In this document: piece after piece, positions 29,824-39,024 of the stretch
How the letters are laid out: every line of letters starts with the position of its first letter
Numbering within the stretch: position 1 is the stretch's first letter
Assembly: GCA_016721625.1 (NCBI GenBank)
Contig: JADKHR010000001.1
Coordinates: 1,967,225 to 2,031,224 of the forward strand
DNA length: 64,000 bases
Direction: 5' to 3'
Origin: Elusimicrobiota bacterium
Lineage (GTDB): Bacteria; Elusimicrobiota; Elusimicrobia; FEN-1173
Translations under genes and position numbers: made by a program
The notes under the pieces: generated by a model
Database searches by the model: none
What the model was told of the DNA's origin: nothing
The model's input: the letters and a program-made list of their open reading frames with translations, nothing else

Positions 29824-30881
29824 ATGGGTGGAATTCGGTTCCAACACGGCGCCGCTATCGGCGACGGGGTTCACTGTTTCATCATGCTCGACGCGGGGGT
29901 CAATCACAACAACGATGTCGGGCGAGCCAAAGAACTTATTCGATCCGCCAAGGCCGGAGGCGCGGACGCTATTAAATTCCAGACCTACAGTGCGGAGGAG
30001 ATCAGCACGAAAAAAGCCGCTCGGTATTGGGATCCGAAACTGGACACGGACGGGGGGGGGACCCAATTCGAAATGTTCGCGCGGGTGGATGACTTGCCGA
30101 AAAAGCGTATTTTGGACTCAAAGAGTATGCCCAGGAACAAGGGATCCTTTTTTCTTCATCCCCTTTCGGCATGGACAGCGCCCGATTTTTGAAGAAACTG
30201 GGGGTCGATTTCTTTAAGATCGCCTCAGCGGAGATTACAAACTTGCACCTGATTGAATTCATCGCCGACTGCGGAAAGCCGATTGTTCTGTCGACGGGGG
30301 CGGCCTCCATTGGGGAAGTGGAGAAAGCCATTGACGTCATTCACCGGACAGGCCTTCGAGAGATCGCGCTTCAGCATTGCGTGCTGAGTTATCCGTGCAA
30401 GGATGATGACGCGAATCTGGCCAAAATGGTCCGGTTGAAGCAGATTTTTCCGGACATCCCCATCGGGTATTCCGACCATACCTTTGGGGCGGAAGTGCCG
30501 TTGGCTGCGGTGGCGTTGGGGGCGCGTTCGATTGAAAAGCATTACACCTTGGACAGCCGTCTCCCCGACAGTCCCGATCATAAATTCGCCCTGACGAGCG
30601 ACGAACTGGGGGATTTCGTAAAACGTTGTCGGAGGGTGGAAAAATCAATCGGCACCTACCGGAGCGGACATTACGCGGCGGAGGAGAAAGCCTATCAACT
30701 CGCACGCAAGAGCCTGGTGGCCGTCCGTCGAATTAAGAAGGGCGAAAGGATCACGGATCGAGCCGTTTCCTGCAAGCGGCCCGGGACCGGCATTTACCCC
30801 GAGTTTTTGGGGGTCATCGTGGGGAGAACGGCCAAAAAAAACATCGAACCGGACGAGCTACTCTCGTGGGACATGTTTTAG
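29824..30881 (+). CDS. NeuB-family nonulosonate/ulosonate synthase paralog 2 (one frame change)
   Basis: N-terminal ...CFIMLDAGVNHNNDVGRAKELIRSAKAGGADAIKFQTY...; frame change at ~30101 (A5 run; one more A gives ...LPKKAYFGLKEYAQEQGILFFSSPFGMDS...); middle ...GKPIVLSTGAASIGEVEKAIDVI...GYSDHT...IEKHYTLD... Confidence 0.7.
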
Positions 30882-30982
30882 AAGGATCCTCATGGGCTTT
30901 GGGTTCTCTCGTTCCGGCGGGATGGGTCGTTCGCGGCGTTTAAAATATTCAACGAATTCTAACGTTGCCTTTTGGAGCCAAA

Positions 30983-31978
30983 ATGAAAAACATGTTTGAG
31001 GGGAAAACCGTTTTGGTCACGGGGGGGACGGGATCTTTCGGGAAGATGTTTACGTCGATTTTCCTGAAGCGGTTTCGCCCCGAGAAACTGATTATCTTCA
31101 GTCGGGACGAGTACAAACAATCTGAAATGGCAAAAACGTTTCCCATCGAGAAGTTTCCCGTGAGGTATTTCATCGGAGACGTCCGGGATCACGACCGGTT
31201 ATTCCGCGCGTTCGATGGGGTGGATTATGTCGTGCATGCGGCGGCGCTTAAGCAAGTGCCGGCTCTTGAATACAATCCCACCGAGGCGGTGAAGACCAAC
31301 GTCACCGGGGCGGACAACATCGTCGAAGCGGCCGTGGATCGAGGGGTAAAAAAGGTGATCGCTCTCTCCACCGACAAGGCCGTCAACCCCATCAATCTTT
31401 ACGGGGCGACGAAACTTGTGGCGGAAAAGATTTTCGTCGCCGCCAACGCATACACCGGGAATAAGACCAAATTCTCGGTGGTGCGTTACGGGAACGTCGT
31501 CGGTTCCCGGGGAAGCGTTATTCCCTTGTTTGCCGATCTTAAGAAACGGGGCGTGAAGGAGTTCCCCATCACCGATGAGAAAATGACTCGATTTTGGATC
31601 GGTTTGGGGGCAGGGGTTGACCTCGTTTTGCGTGCGCTCGAAGAGGCCGAAGGCGGCGAACTTTTTGTGCCCCGCATCCCCTCCATGAGGATAACCGACT
31701 TGGCGCGGGCTGTGGATCCGGAGTGCACGTTTAAGAAGTTGGGCATACGTCCAGGGGAAAAACTGCATGAAACCCTCATTTCCGAAGACGAGGCGCGAAG
31801 CACAAAACAAGTCGGTGATTTCTACGTCGTTTTGCCGCAGTTCATGATCAGCGCCGCCCTCGATTCAAAATATGATCCGTTCGAATTCGTGAAAAATGTT
31901 TTTTCCTACCGGAGCGATACCAACGATCGGTGGCTCGATATCGCGTCTTTAACCGCGATGATTTCGCAGAATGAATAG
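30983..31978 (+). CDS. pseB: UDP-N-acetylglucosamine 4,6-dehydratase (inverting), PseB/FlaA1-type SDR
   Basis: MKNMFEGKTVLVTGGTGSFGK... N-terminus, YGATK catalytic motif, ~330 aa; followed by DegT aminotransferase. Confidence 0.8.
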   Translation: MKNMFEGKTVLVTGGTGSFGKMFTSIFLKRFRPEKLIIFSRDEYKQSEMAKTFPIEKFPVRYFIGDVRDHDRLFRAFDGVDYVVHAAALKQVPALEYNPTEAVKTNVTGADNIVEAAVDRGVKKVIALSTDKAVNPINLYGATKLVAEKIFVAANAYTGNKTKFSVVRYGNVVGSRGSVIPLFADLKKRGVKEFPITDEKMTRFWIGLGAGVDLVLRALEEAEGGELFVPRIPSMRITDLARAVDPECTFKKLGIRPGEKLHETLISEDEARSTKQVGDFYVVLPQFMISAALDSKYDPFEFVKNVFSYRSDTNDRWLDIASLTAMISQNE

Positions 31979-31990
31979 GGCCCTCTTTCC

Positions 31991-33133
31991 TTGATCCCTT
32001 ACGGAAAGCAATCGGTCACCCGTGCGGATGTGCAGGCGGTGGCCTCCGCCCTTCGTTCGGACTGGCTGACCCAGGGTCCTCGGGTGGGCGATTTTGAAAA
32101 AGCGTTGTGCCGCTACACCGGAGCGCGCCACGCCGTGGCGGTTTCAAGCGGCACCGCCGCGTTGCATCTCGCGATGCTTTCTCTGGGGGTCGGTCCCGGG
32201 GAAACCATCCTCACTTCCCCCATCACTTTTGCGGCGAGCGCCAACTGCGCGTGTTATGTCGGGGCGCGACCGCATTTTATCGATATTGACCCTAAAACCT
32301 ACCAGATGAGCGCGGAACGCCTGGAGGAGTATCTCCGGGTTGAATCTCGCAGGAGAAAAGTGCGAGTCATTATCCCTGTGCATTTTATGGGGACGGTTCC
32401 GGACGTCCGGGCGTATTCCCAAATCGGCGCGCGCTACGGCATTCCCGTTGTGGAAGATGCGGCACACGCTCTGGGGGCGGCCTATGAGCACAAAGGAGCC
32501 CAGGTTCGCGTTGGTTCTGGCTTTCATGCCGATGTGAGTATTTTAAGTTTCCATCCCATAAAACATATTACAACCGGTGAAGGCGGGGCCCTGCTCACCA
32601 ACAATAAGCGCATCTACGAACGGGCGCGTCGTATGAGGCATCATGGGATTACAAAGGACCCTTCTCGGCCGCGATGGTTTTACGATATCCCTGAGCTGGG
32701 TTACAACTATCGCCTAACGGATTTCCAGTGTGCGTTGGGGTTGTCTCAGTTGTCCCGCATTGAACAATTCCGCAAAGCGCGGTACGCGCTTGTTCAGAAA
32801 TATAATTCGGCGTTCAAAAGGATTCCGGAAATAATTCTCCCATTTGAAAGACCAGGGACAACCCCCTCTTATCATTTGTACGTCATTCAGGTCCCGCCCA
32901 AAAAGCGCCAGGCGTTGTACGACCATCTTTTTGGAAAGGGAATTGGAACGCAGGTCAACTATATCCCCGTTCACCTGTTTTCGTTTTACAAAAGACAATT
33001 CGGATATCGTCTTGGAGATTATCCGAACGCCGAGAGGTACTACCAGCGATGTTTAAGTCTGCCTTTGTTTCCTGGATTATCCTCTTCGGAACAGGAATAT
33101 ATCATCAAACAGGTCCAAGGATTTTTTCGATGA
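31991..33133 (+). CDS. pseC: DegT/DnrJ/EryC1/StrS-family sugar aminotransferase (PseC-like)
   Basis: 380-aa ORF with PLP-dependent sugar aminotransferase features (…AVSSGTAALHLAM…, …SFHPIKHITTGEGGAL…); immediately downstream of pseB. Confidence 0.7.
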   Translation: MIPYGKQSVTRADVQAVASALRSDWLTQGPRVGDFEKALCRYTGARHAVAVSSGTAALHLAMLSLGVGPGETILTSPITFAASANCACYVGARPHFIDIDPKTYQMSAERLEEYLRVESRRRKVRVIIPVHFMGTVPDVRAYSQIGARYGIPVVEDAAHALGAAYEHKGAQVRVGSGFHADVSILSFHPIKHITTGEGGALLTNNKRIYERARRMRHHGITKDPSRPRWFYDIPELGYNYRLTDFQCALGLSQLSRIEQFRKARYALVQKYNSAFKRIPEIILPFERPGTTPSYHLYVIQVPPKKRQALYDHLFGKGIGTQVNYIPVHLFSFYKRQFGYRLGDYPNAERYYQRCLSLPLFPGLSSSEQEYIIKQVQGFFR

Positions 33134-33137
33134 CGCG

Positions 33138-34016
33138 ATGTTGAACGCCGACAGGATCTGCCTCGGTACGGTCCAATTGGGTCTACCTTACGGGATCGCC
33201 AACCGGGGAGGACAACCCGACCTCCCCGCCGCTTTCTCGATCCTTGACGCCGCGCATCAAAGCGGGATCTCCCTGCTGGACACCAGCCGCGCCTACGGAA
33301 CCAGCGAGGAGGTCATTGGGTCCTTCGCCGAAAAGATGGGGAGGTCTTTCCAGGTCATTTCGAAATTGCCGCCCCATCCGAATTGTTCTCGTCTGAGCGT
33401 CTCGGGGTTTCTGAAGGAATCGTTAACCCGGTTGCGGGCCCCCTTTCTTCAAGGATACCTCATTCACGATTTCAAAACGTATCGCGACCACCCGGAAGTT
33501 TGGGATTTCCTGTTGGGACTGAAAAACGACCATCTGGTTAAACAAGTCGGTTTTTCCGTCTATTTCCCCAGAGAGGTTGAACTCTTTCTGGCGCAGGGGA
33601 TTTGCCCGGATATTGTCCAAATTCCGTTCAGTGTTTTGGATACCCGATTTGCGCCGCTCCTTTCGGAGTTGAAACAAAGGTCCGTGGAAGTTCACGCCCG
33701 ATCGGTCTTTTTGCAGGGCGCTGTATTCCTCCCGGAGGAGAAGCTGACGGGGGCTCTCCAAAAGGCGGCGGCCTCGATTCGAAGACTCCGTGAACTGTCT
33801 TCACAGACGGGGGTCCCGGTGCTCGATCTTTGCCTGCGGTTCGTGGTGGCGCACGAAACCATTGATCGGATCGTCCTGGGGGTCGATTCGGCGGCTCATT
33901 TGCGGACCAACGTCGCGGCGCTCGGAAACCCTTTTGAAGATTCCGCTCTATCGGCAGAATTACGACAACTGGCTGTGAATGAGGAGAAGGTCGTGGTTCC
34001 CTCCCTCTGGACCTGA
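33138..34016 (+). CDS. aldo/keto reductase family oxidoreductase
   Basis: 292-aa ORF; ...LGTVQLGLPYG... and ...LLDTSRAYGTSEEVIG... typical of AKR family. Confidence 0.7.
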   Translation: MLNADRICLGTVQLGLPYGIANRGGQPDLPAAFSILDAAHQSGISLLDTSRAYGTSEEVIGSFAEKMGRSFQVISKLPPHPNCSRLSVSGFLKESLTRLRAPFLQGYLIHDFKTYRDHPEVWDFLLGLKNDHLVKQVGFSVYFPREVELFLAQGICPDIVQIPFSVLDTRFAPLLSELKQRSVEVHARSVFLQGAVFLPEEKLTGALQKAAASIRRLRELSSQTGVPVLDLCLRFVVAHETIDRIVLGVDSAAHLRTNVAALGNPFEDSALSAELRQLAVNEEKVVVPSLWT

Positions 34017-34029
34017 TACAATTCGTCCC

Positions 34030-34803
34030 GTGAATACGGTCGCGATCGTCCAAGCCAGGATGTGTTCCACCCGTTTGCCGGGAAAAGTCTTATTGTCCTT
34101 GGGAGGAAAAAAGGTCTTGGAGCACGTGGTGGGAAGAATCCGCCGTGCCCGATTGGTCCGCGACGTGGTCGTCGCCACCACGATCCAGGAGGAGGATTTG
34201 GAGATCGTCAGGTTTTGCGCCGAAAACAAGATCCGCGTTTATGTGGGTTCGGAACAGGACGTTCTCGATCGTTACTATCAGGCGGCCCGGTTGTTCCACG
34301 TCGACCACGTGGTGAGAATCACGGCGGATTGTCCTGTTATCGACCCCCGCATTATCAATCGGGTGATCGCCCGCCATTTGGCCAGCCGCTCCGACCTGAC
34401 CGCCAACATACTTCGAGAAACCTTTCCCGACGGCCAGGATGTCGAGGTGTTCACTTTTTCGGCCTTATCGCGAGCATGGAAGGAGGCCAAGTTGGCCTCT
34501 CAGCGGGAGCACGTGACTCCCTACCTGAAGGACCATCCGACCCTCTTCAAGCTGACCAATGTCGCGTGCAGGGAAAACCTCGGAAAAATGAGATGGACTC
34601 TTGATAACAAGGAAGACTTTTTATTCTTGAAACATATTTTCAACGCTCTTTACGACAAAAAGAAAATATTCGGAATGGAGGATATACTCCGTTACTTGAG
34701 AACACATCCCGAAGTGGAAAAGATCAACGGACTCCTTGAGCGAAACGAGGGTTATAAGAAATCCCTCCGGCAAGACCGTCCGGTGGGAACGGAATGGCGA
34801 TAA
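34030..34803 (+). CDS. cytidylyltransferase (CTP_transf_3 family), second copy
   Basis: GTG 34030; ...NTVAIVQARMCSTRLPGKVL... and ...RITADCPVIDP... motifs. Confidence 0.7.
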   Translation: MNTVAIVQARMCSTRLPGKVLLSLGGKKVLEHVVGRIRRARLVRDVVVATTIQEEDLEIVRFCAENKIRVYVGSEQDVLDRYYQAARLFHVDHVVRITADCPVIDPRIINRVIARHLASRSDLTANILRETFPDGQDVEVFTFSALSRAWKEAKLASQREHVTPYLKDHPTLFKLTNVACRENLGKMRWTLDNKEDFLFLKHIFNALYDKKKIFGMEDILRYLRTHPEVEKINGLLERNEGYKKSLRQDRPVGTEWR

Positions 34804-34825
34804 CGAAAAAGGATGATGGGGCCCT

Positions 34826-36136
34826 ATGAACAAAACCCAATCGTTGTATAAGAAGGCCAAGGAATTAATTCCGGGGGGAACCCAGCTGTTTTCAAAACGG
34901 CCGGAACTCTACTCTCCCGGTTTATGGCCGGCCTATTTTTCCAAGGCGCGCGGTTGTCTCGTTTGGGATCTTGATGGAAAATGCTACGTCGACATGGCGT
35001 CCATGGGAATCGGATCCTGTCTTCTGGGTTATGCAGATCCGGACGTAAATGCGGCCGTTTCCAGGGTGGTGCGCGCCGGGAACATGAGCACGCTGAACGC
35101 CCCGGAAGATGTGGAATTGGCCAAACTCTTGGTATCTTTGCACCCGTGGGCGGACATGGCGCGATTTGGGCGCGGCGGCGGCGAAGCCATGTCGATGGCC
35201 GTGCGGATTGCCCGCGCGAGGACGGGGCGCGACCGAGTATTGTTCTGCGGTTACCACGGATGGCATGATTGGTATTTGGCCGCCAATGTGGCTGATAAAA
35301 AATCTCTGGACGGACATCTCCTTCCCGGCTTGAACCCCGCGGGTGTCCCTCGCGCTCTTCGGGGAACGGCCGTTCCGTTCACCTACAATGACACCGTTGG
35401 TTTTAGGAAACTCATCAAAGATGGAAAACGAAAAATCGGCGCGGTTATTCTTGAATCCATTCGCGGAGTGAAACCCGAAGGCGGTTTCCTGGCCGCCGTT
35501 CAAGAGGAGACTCGCGCCATCGGCGCTGTGTTAATTGTGGATGAAATAACCGCCGGTTTTCGGCTGACCGTCGGCGGAGCGCACTTACTCTTTAAGCTTA
35601 AACCCGATTTAGCGGTGTTCGCCAAGGGGATGAGCAACGGGTACCCCATGTCCGCCGTGATCGGGGTCGCGGACGTTATGCAGGCCGCCCAGGATTCCTT
35701 TGTGAGCAGTACCTATTGGACGGAAAGAATAGGGCCGAGCGCGGCCATCGCGACCATAAACAAGATCAAACACCTCCACATCCCGGGAAGGCTCTGCCGG
35801 ATCGGCAGGGAAGTGCAGGCCGGATGGAAGACCGCGGCTCACCGGCACGGGGTGGATATCTCCGTGGCCGGAATGGATTCGCTTTGCCACTTCAGCTTTA
35901 ACCGGGGGGATCCTTTACTGCTGAAGACGCTTTTCACGCAATTCATGCTGGAAGAGGGATTCCTCGCATCGAACGCGTTCTATGCGAGTTTTGCGCATAA
36001 GGAAAAACATATCGGGAACTATTTGGCCTCCGCCGATAAAGCCTTTTTCAAAATAGGGAAAGCCTTGCGAAGCGGCACGGAACGCTCCCTGCTACGCGGT
36101 CCGATTTGCACGAGCGGTTTCAAACGGTTGACGTGA
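34826..36136 (+). CDS. class-III (glutamate-1-semialdehyde aminomutase-like) PLP-dependent aminotransferase
   Basis: 436-aa ORF; ...GGTQLFSKRP...; ...LIVDEITAGFRLTVGGAHLLFKLKPDLAVFAKGMSNGYPMSAV... Confidence 0.75.
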   Translation: MNKTQSLYKKAKELIPGGTQLFSKRPELYSPGLWPAYFSKARGCLVWDLDGKCYVDMASMGIGSCLLGYADPDVNAAVSRVVRAGNMSTLNAPEDVELAKLLVSLHPWADMARFGRGGGEAMSMAVRIARARTGRDRVLFCGYHGWHDWYLAANVADKKSLDGHLLPGLNPAGVPRALRGTAVPFTYNDTVGFRKLIKDGKRKIGAVILESIRGVKPEGGFLAAVQEETRAIGAVLIVDEITAGFRLTVGGAHLLFKLKPDLAVFAKGMSNGYPMSAVIGVADVMQAAQDSFVSSTYWTERIGPSAAIATINKIKHLHIPGRLCRIGREVQAGWKTAAHRHGVDISVAGMDSLCHFSFNRGDPLLLKTLFTQFMLEEGFLASNAFYASFAHKEKHIGNYLASADKAFFKIGKALRSGTERSLLRGPICTSGFKRLT

Positions 36137-36189
36137 GTTTGCCCGTGTCTATTGAAATTCCGGGCATCGCGTGGCAAGCGGGATAGCTG

Positions 36190-36547
36190 TTTTCCTTTAA
36201 AGGGGTTCCTATTGGCCGACCTCAATAAGCAACAATTTTGGGATGAAAAGATTATCGGTTGGAAAAGCGACAAATACGCCCTTCCGCGGGATGGTTCCGT
36301 CGTCTGGTGGATGTCAATCAATCCCTCAAGAACAGGCACCTCCTCGCGCAAAATGTCCTCCGCCAGGTGGTGAAGGGAAAGTCGGTATTGGAAATCGGCT
36401 GTGGGACGGCCCGATTGCTTCCTTCGATCATGAATGACGGCGCGACGAAATAGGTGGGCGTGGATAATTCAGATGTGGCGTTGAAAAGGACGGCGGGACG
36501 TCTCTTGGGAAAATACCCGAAGGCGAGGTCGGACGGTAACGGCTAAC
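36190..36547 (+). pseudogene. remnant of class I SAM-dependent methyltransferase (N-terminal part only, frame-shifted)
   Basis: Motif I ...VVKGKSVLEIGCGTARLLPSIM... followed in another frame by YVGVDNSDVALKRTAGRLLGKYPKARSDGNG then stop; remainder of fold absent. Confidence 0.3.
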
Positions 36548-36799
36548 GCCGTTGAGATCAAGCCTATCCCCGCTTTCAATCGATATAAATGAAGGGGTTA
36601 AACTGACGCTTTTGAAGAGGACCATTGTGTTAGGTCACGAGTTCGGCAGCGCGCAGCGCTGCTGAACGGGAGATATAGCTCGCGGCGGCGCGGACATTGA
36701 AGGGTTCATACTGGAGGCCGGGAAGAAATGTTAATGGGAGACTTCCCTTCTTCTGACGGATGGAAAATGAAATCCTAAGGCGGAACAAAAGGGAAACCA

Positions 36800-39013
36800 A
36801 TGAAAAACGAAAACGCAAATCCGGCGATCGTCGTTTATCTCGCTGAACTGGCCCATGATGGTTTTGGTTTGAGTCTTCGTACCTTCCCTCTGGGCCTCGG
36901 CGTCGTCGGGTCCTATGTGAAAGAAAAATTCTCCAACAGGGTGGACCTCCATCTTTTTAGAACCTATGGGGATCTGATGGCGGCCGTCAAAGAAAAAACG
37001 CCGGATATTGTGGGTTTCGGCTATTTCTCCTGGAATGATTATCTGACCTTGGTGGCGGCGAGAGCCATACGAGAATCCTGTCCCCGCGCGCTCATCGTTT
37101 TCGGCGGGGCGAATATCAGCCCCTTTGGCCAAGAAAAAACGAGCGGTTTCCCTTTCGCGGGGAAAACGGGAGGCGCTATTCCGATGGCCCCGGCCCCCCA
37201 GAACGAGGCCCTCCATTCGTTCACCTGGCCGGTCTATAACGACTATCAACTCCTGGCGGCTTATCCGAACATCGACGTGCTTATTCATGGCGACGGCGAG
37301 ATCCCGATGGCGGATTTAGTGGCGAAGTTTATCGAAACCGGGGATAAGGAGGCGGTGAAGAGCGCCGGGGTTCCGGGGTGCAGTTCAAGGGTGGGCGACG
37401 CCATCGTTTGCGGGCCCGCCCCGGAAATATTGTTTGACTTGGACCGAATTCCGTCCCCCTATTCGTCCGGCCTGTTCAAAGGGTTCATGGACAAATACAA
37501 CCTCCTTCCGCAGATCGAAACGACGAGAGGCTGTCCTTACAAATGCACGTTCTGCACGGTCGGATTGAATGAGGGAAAGATGCGCAAGCACTCCCTGGAG
37601 TATTCAAAAGACGAAATCCGCTACCTCATGAACCATTATCCGAACACCGTTTTGCGAATCGCCGACCCCAACTGGGGCATCGCCGAAAAAGACGTGGAAC
37701 TGGCCGAATTCATCCACGAATTGCGAAAGACCACGGGGTATCCCTCCAGCCTGAGGGTGTATTACTCCGCGGGGGGGCCTTTCAAAAATATCAAGACCAT
37801 GGCGCTTTTGATGAAAGACCTTTTACCCTTGAATATGAGCTTTCAATCGTTGAACGTGGAAACCCTGAAGAACATCAAACGGGGAAACATGCCCCTGAGC
37901 AAGGTCCAGGAAATGGTGGCCTACGCGCGCTCGAACGGCATCGCCTCCTCCACGGAGCTCATCTCGGGGCTTCCGAAAGAGTCCCTTTCGTCGTTCAAGA
38001 ACTCTTTCCTGATGGCCGTCACGCTTCGCCTGGACAGTGTATATGTGGGCGCGCTCTACCTGATCAAAGGTTCCGAGTTGTATACCGGGGAGGCTCGAGC
38101 CCAGTACAAGTTCCGGACCAAGTTCGCGCTCATCGAAAAAGACGTGACACGGATCGACGACCGATGGGTCTTTGAGATGGACGAGCTTGTGGTGGAGCAT
38201 TCGGAAATGACGGAAGCCGATTTCTACGAACTATACCGGTTTAAGATCTGGGGGATGGTGGGTTACGGTTCGGCCTACCTTAAGGAAATCATCATGCATG
38301 GCTTCAATTACGACGTGACGATTATCGAGATCTACGACGAACTGGTCGGAAACCCAGAGCGATACCCTTTCCACCGAACGATCCTCTCTGAATACGTGGA
38401 GAGTATTAAGCCGCTGTTTTTTGACACGCCCCAAGCCCTTGAAGAAAAACTGGTGCAACATATCGAAAAACACGGAAACGTGGATCGGTTCTATTGGAAC
38501 CGATACACCCAATTGACGATGGCGAAAGTTCTGGGGCGGGAAAGCAAGGTCGTTTTCGTCAACGAGGTCGCCGCCGCCGCCAAAAAGGTCTTTGACAGAA
38601 AGGTTCAAGGCGAAGCTCCTGCCGATCGAAAGAGTGATTTTTATTCGATTTTGGATGTTTTGTCCGGCCTCCAACCGGATTGTATCATCAGCCCGCTAGA
38701 GACTAATGAACGCGTGGTGAATGTGGAATTGCCGTTTGATGTAAAGGTTTGGGCCGACGAGAATTATGAGTTTCCGCTCTCCCGTTATCGATTGCCAAAA
38801 CCGAGAAGGTTCGGCCTGGTGATACGCAATATTCAGGAACATATCAACTTCATGAGAGATACGAAATCCTTTGATTCTACGGCCGACAAATATGAATACT
38901 ATTACAACGTTATGGTTTCTTCCAATATGCGGCGGTCCATCGCTTATGCTGAGGAGCACGGGTTGATCAACACGGAAGTCCCCGGGGTGGTTCATCCGAT
39001 GGAAAATAATTAG
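36800..39013 (+). CDS. B12-binding domain radical SAM protein (class B-like)
   Basis: 737-aa ORF; N-terminal cobalamin-binding-like Rossmann segment (...PDIVGFGYFSWNDYLTLV...LIVFGGANISP...) and radical SAM CxxxCxxC in ...TTRGCPYKCTFCTVG... Confidence 0.8.
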   Translation: MKNENANPAIVVYLAELAHDGFGLSLRTFPLGLGVVGSYVKEKFSNRVDLHLFRTYGDLMAAVKEKTPDIVGFGYFSWNDYLTLVAARAIRESCPRALIVFGGANISPFGQEKTSGFPFAGKTGGAIPMAPAPQNEALHSFTWPVYNDYQLLAAYPNIDVLIHGDGEIPMADLVAKFIETGDKEAVKSAGVPGCSSRVGDAIVCGPAPEILFDLDRIPSPYSSGLFKGFMDKYNLLPQIETTRGCPYKCTFCTVGLNEGKMRKHSLEYSKDEIRYLMNHYPNTVLRIADPNWGIAEKDVELAEFIHELRKTTGYPSSLRVYYSAGGPFKNIKTMALLMKDLLPLNMSFQSLNVETLKNIKRGNMPLSKVQEMVAYARSNGIASSTELISGLPKESLSSFKNSFLMAVTLRLDSVYVGALYLIKGSELYTGEARAQYKFRTKFALIEKDVTRIDDRWVFEMDELVVEHSEMTEADFYELYRFKIWGMVGYGSAYLKEIIMHGFNYDVTIIEIYDELVGNPERYPFHRTILSEYVESIKPLFFDTPQALEEKLVQHIEKHGNVDRFYWNRYTQLTMAKVLGRESKVVFVNEVAAAAKKVFDRKVQGEAPADRKSDFYSILDVLSGLQPDCIISPLETNERVVNVELPFDVKVWADENYEFPLSRYRLPKPRRFGLVIRNIQEHINFMRDTKSFDSTADKYEYYYNVMVSSNMRRSIAYAEEHGLINTEVPGVVHPMENN

Positions 39014-39024
39014 GGGTCGACCCG

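Noticed and set aside
36450-36800. Cobalamin riboswitch upstream of the B12-binding radical SAM gene
   Set aside because: No B12-box-like conserved element recognised by eye; only a simple palindrome is present. A covariance-model search would be needed to exclude it fully.
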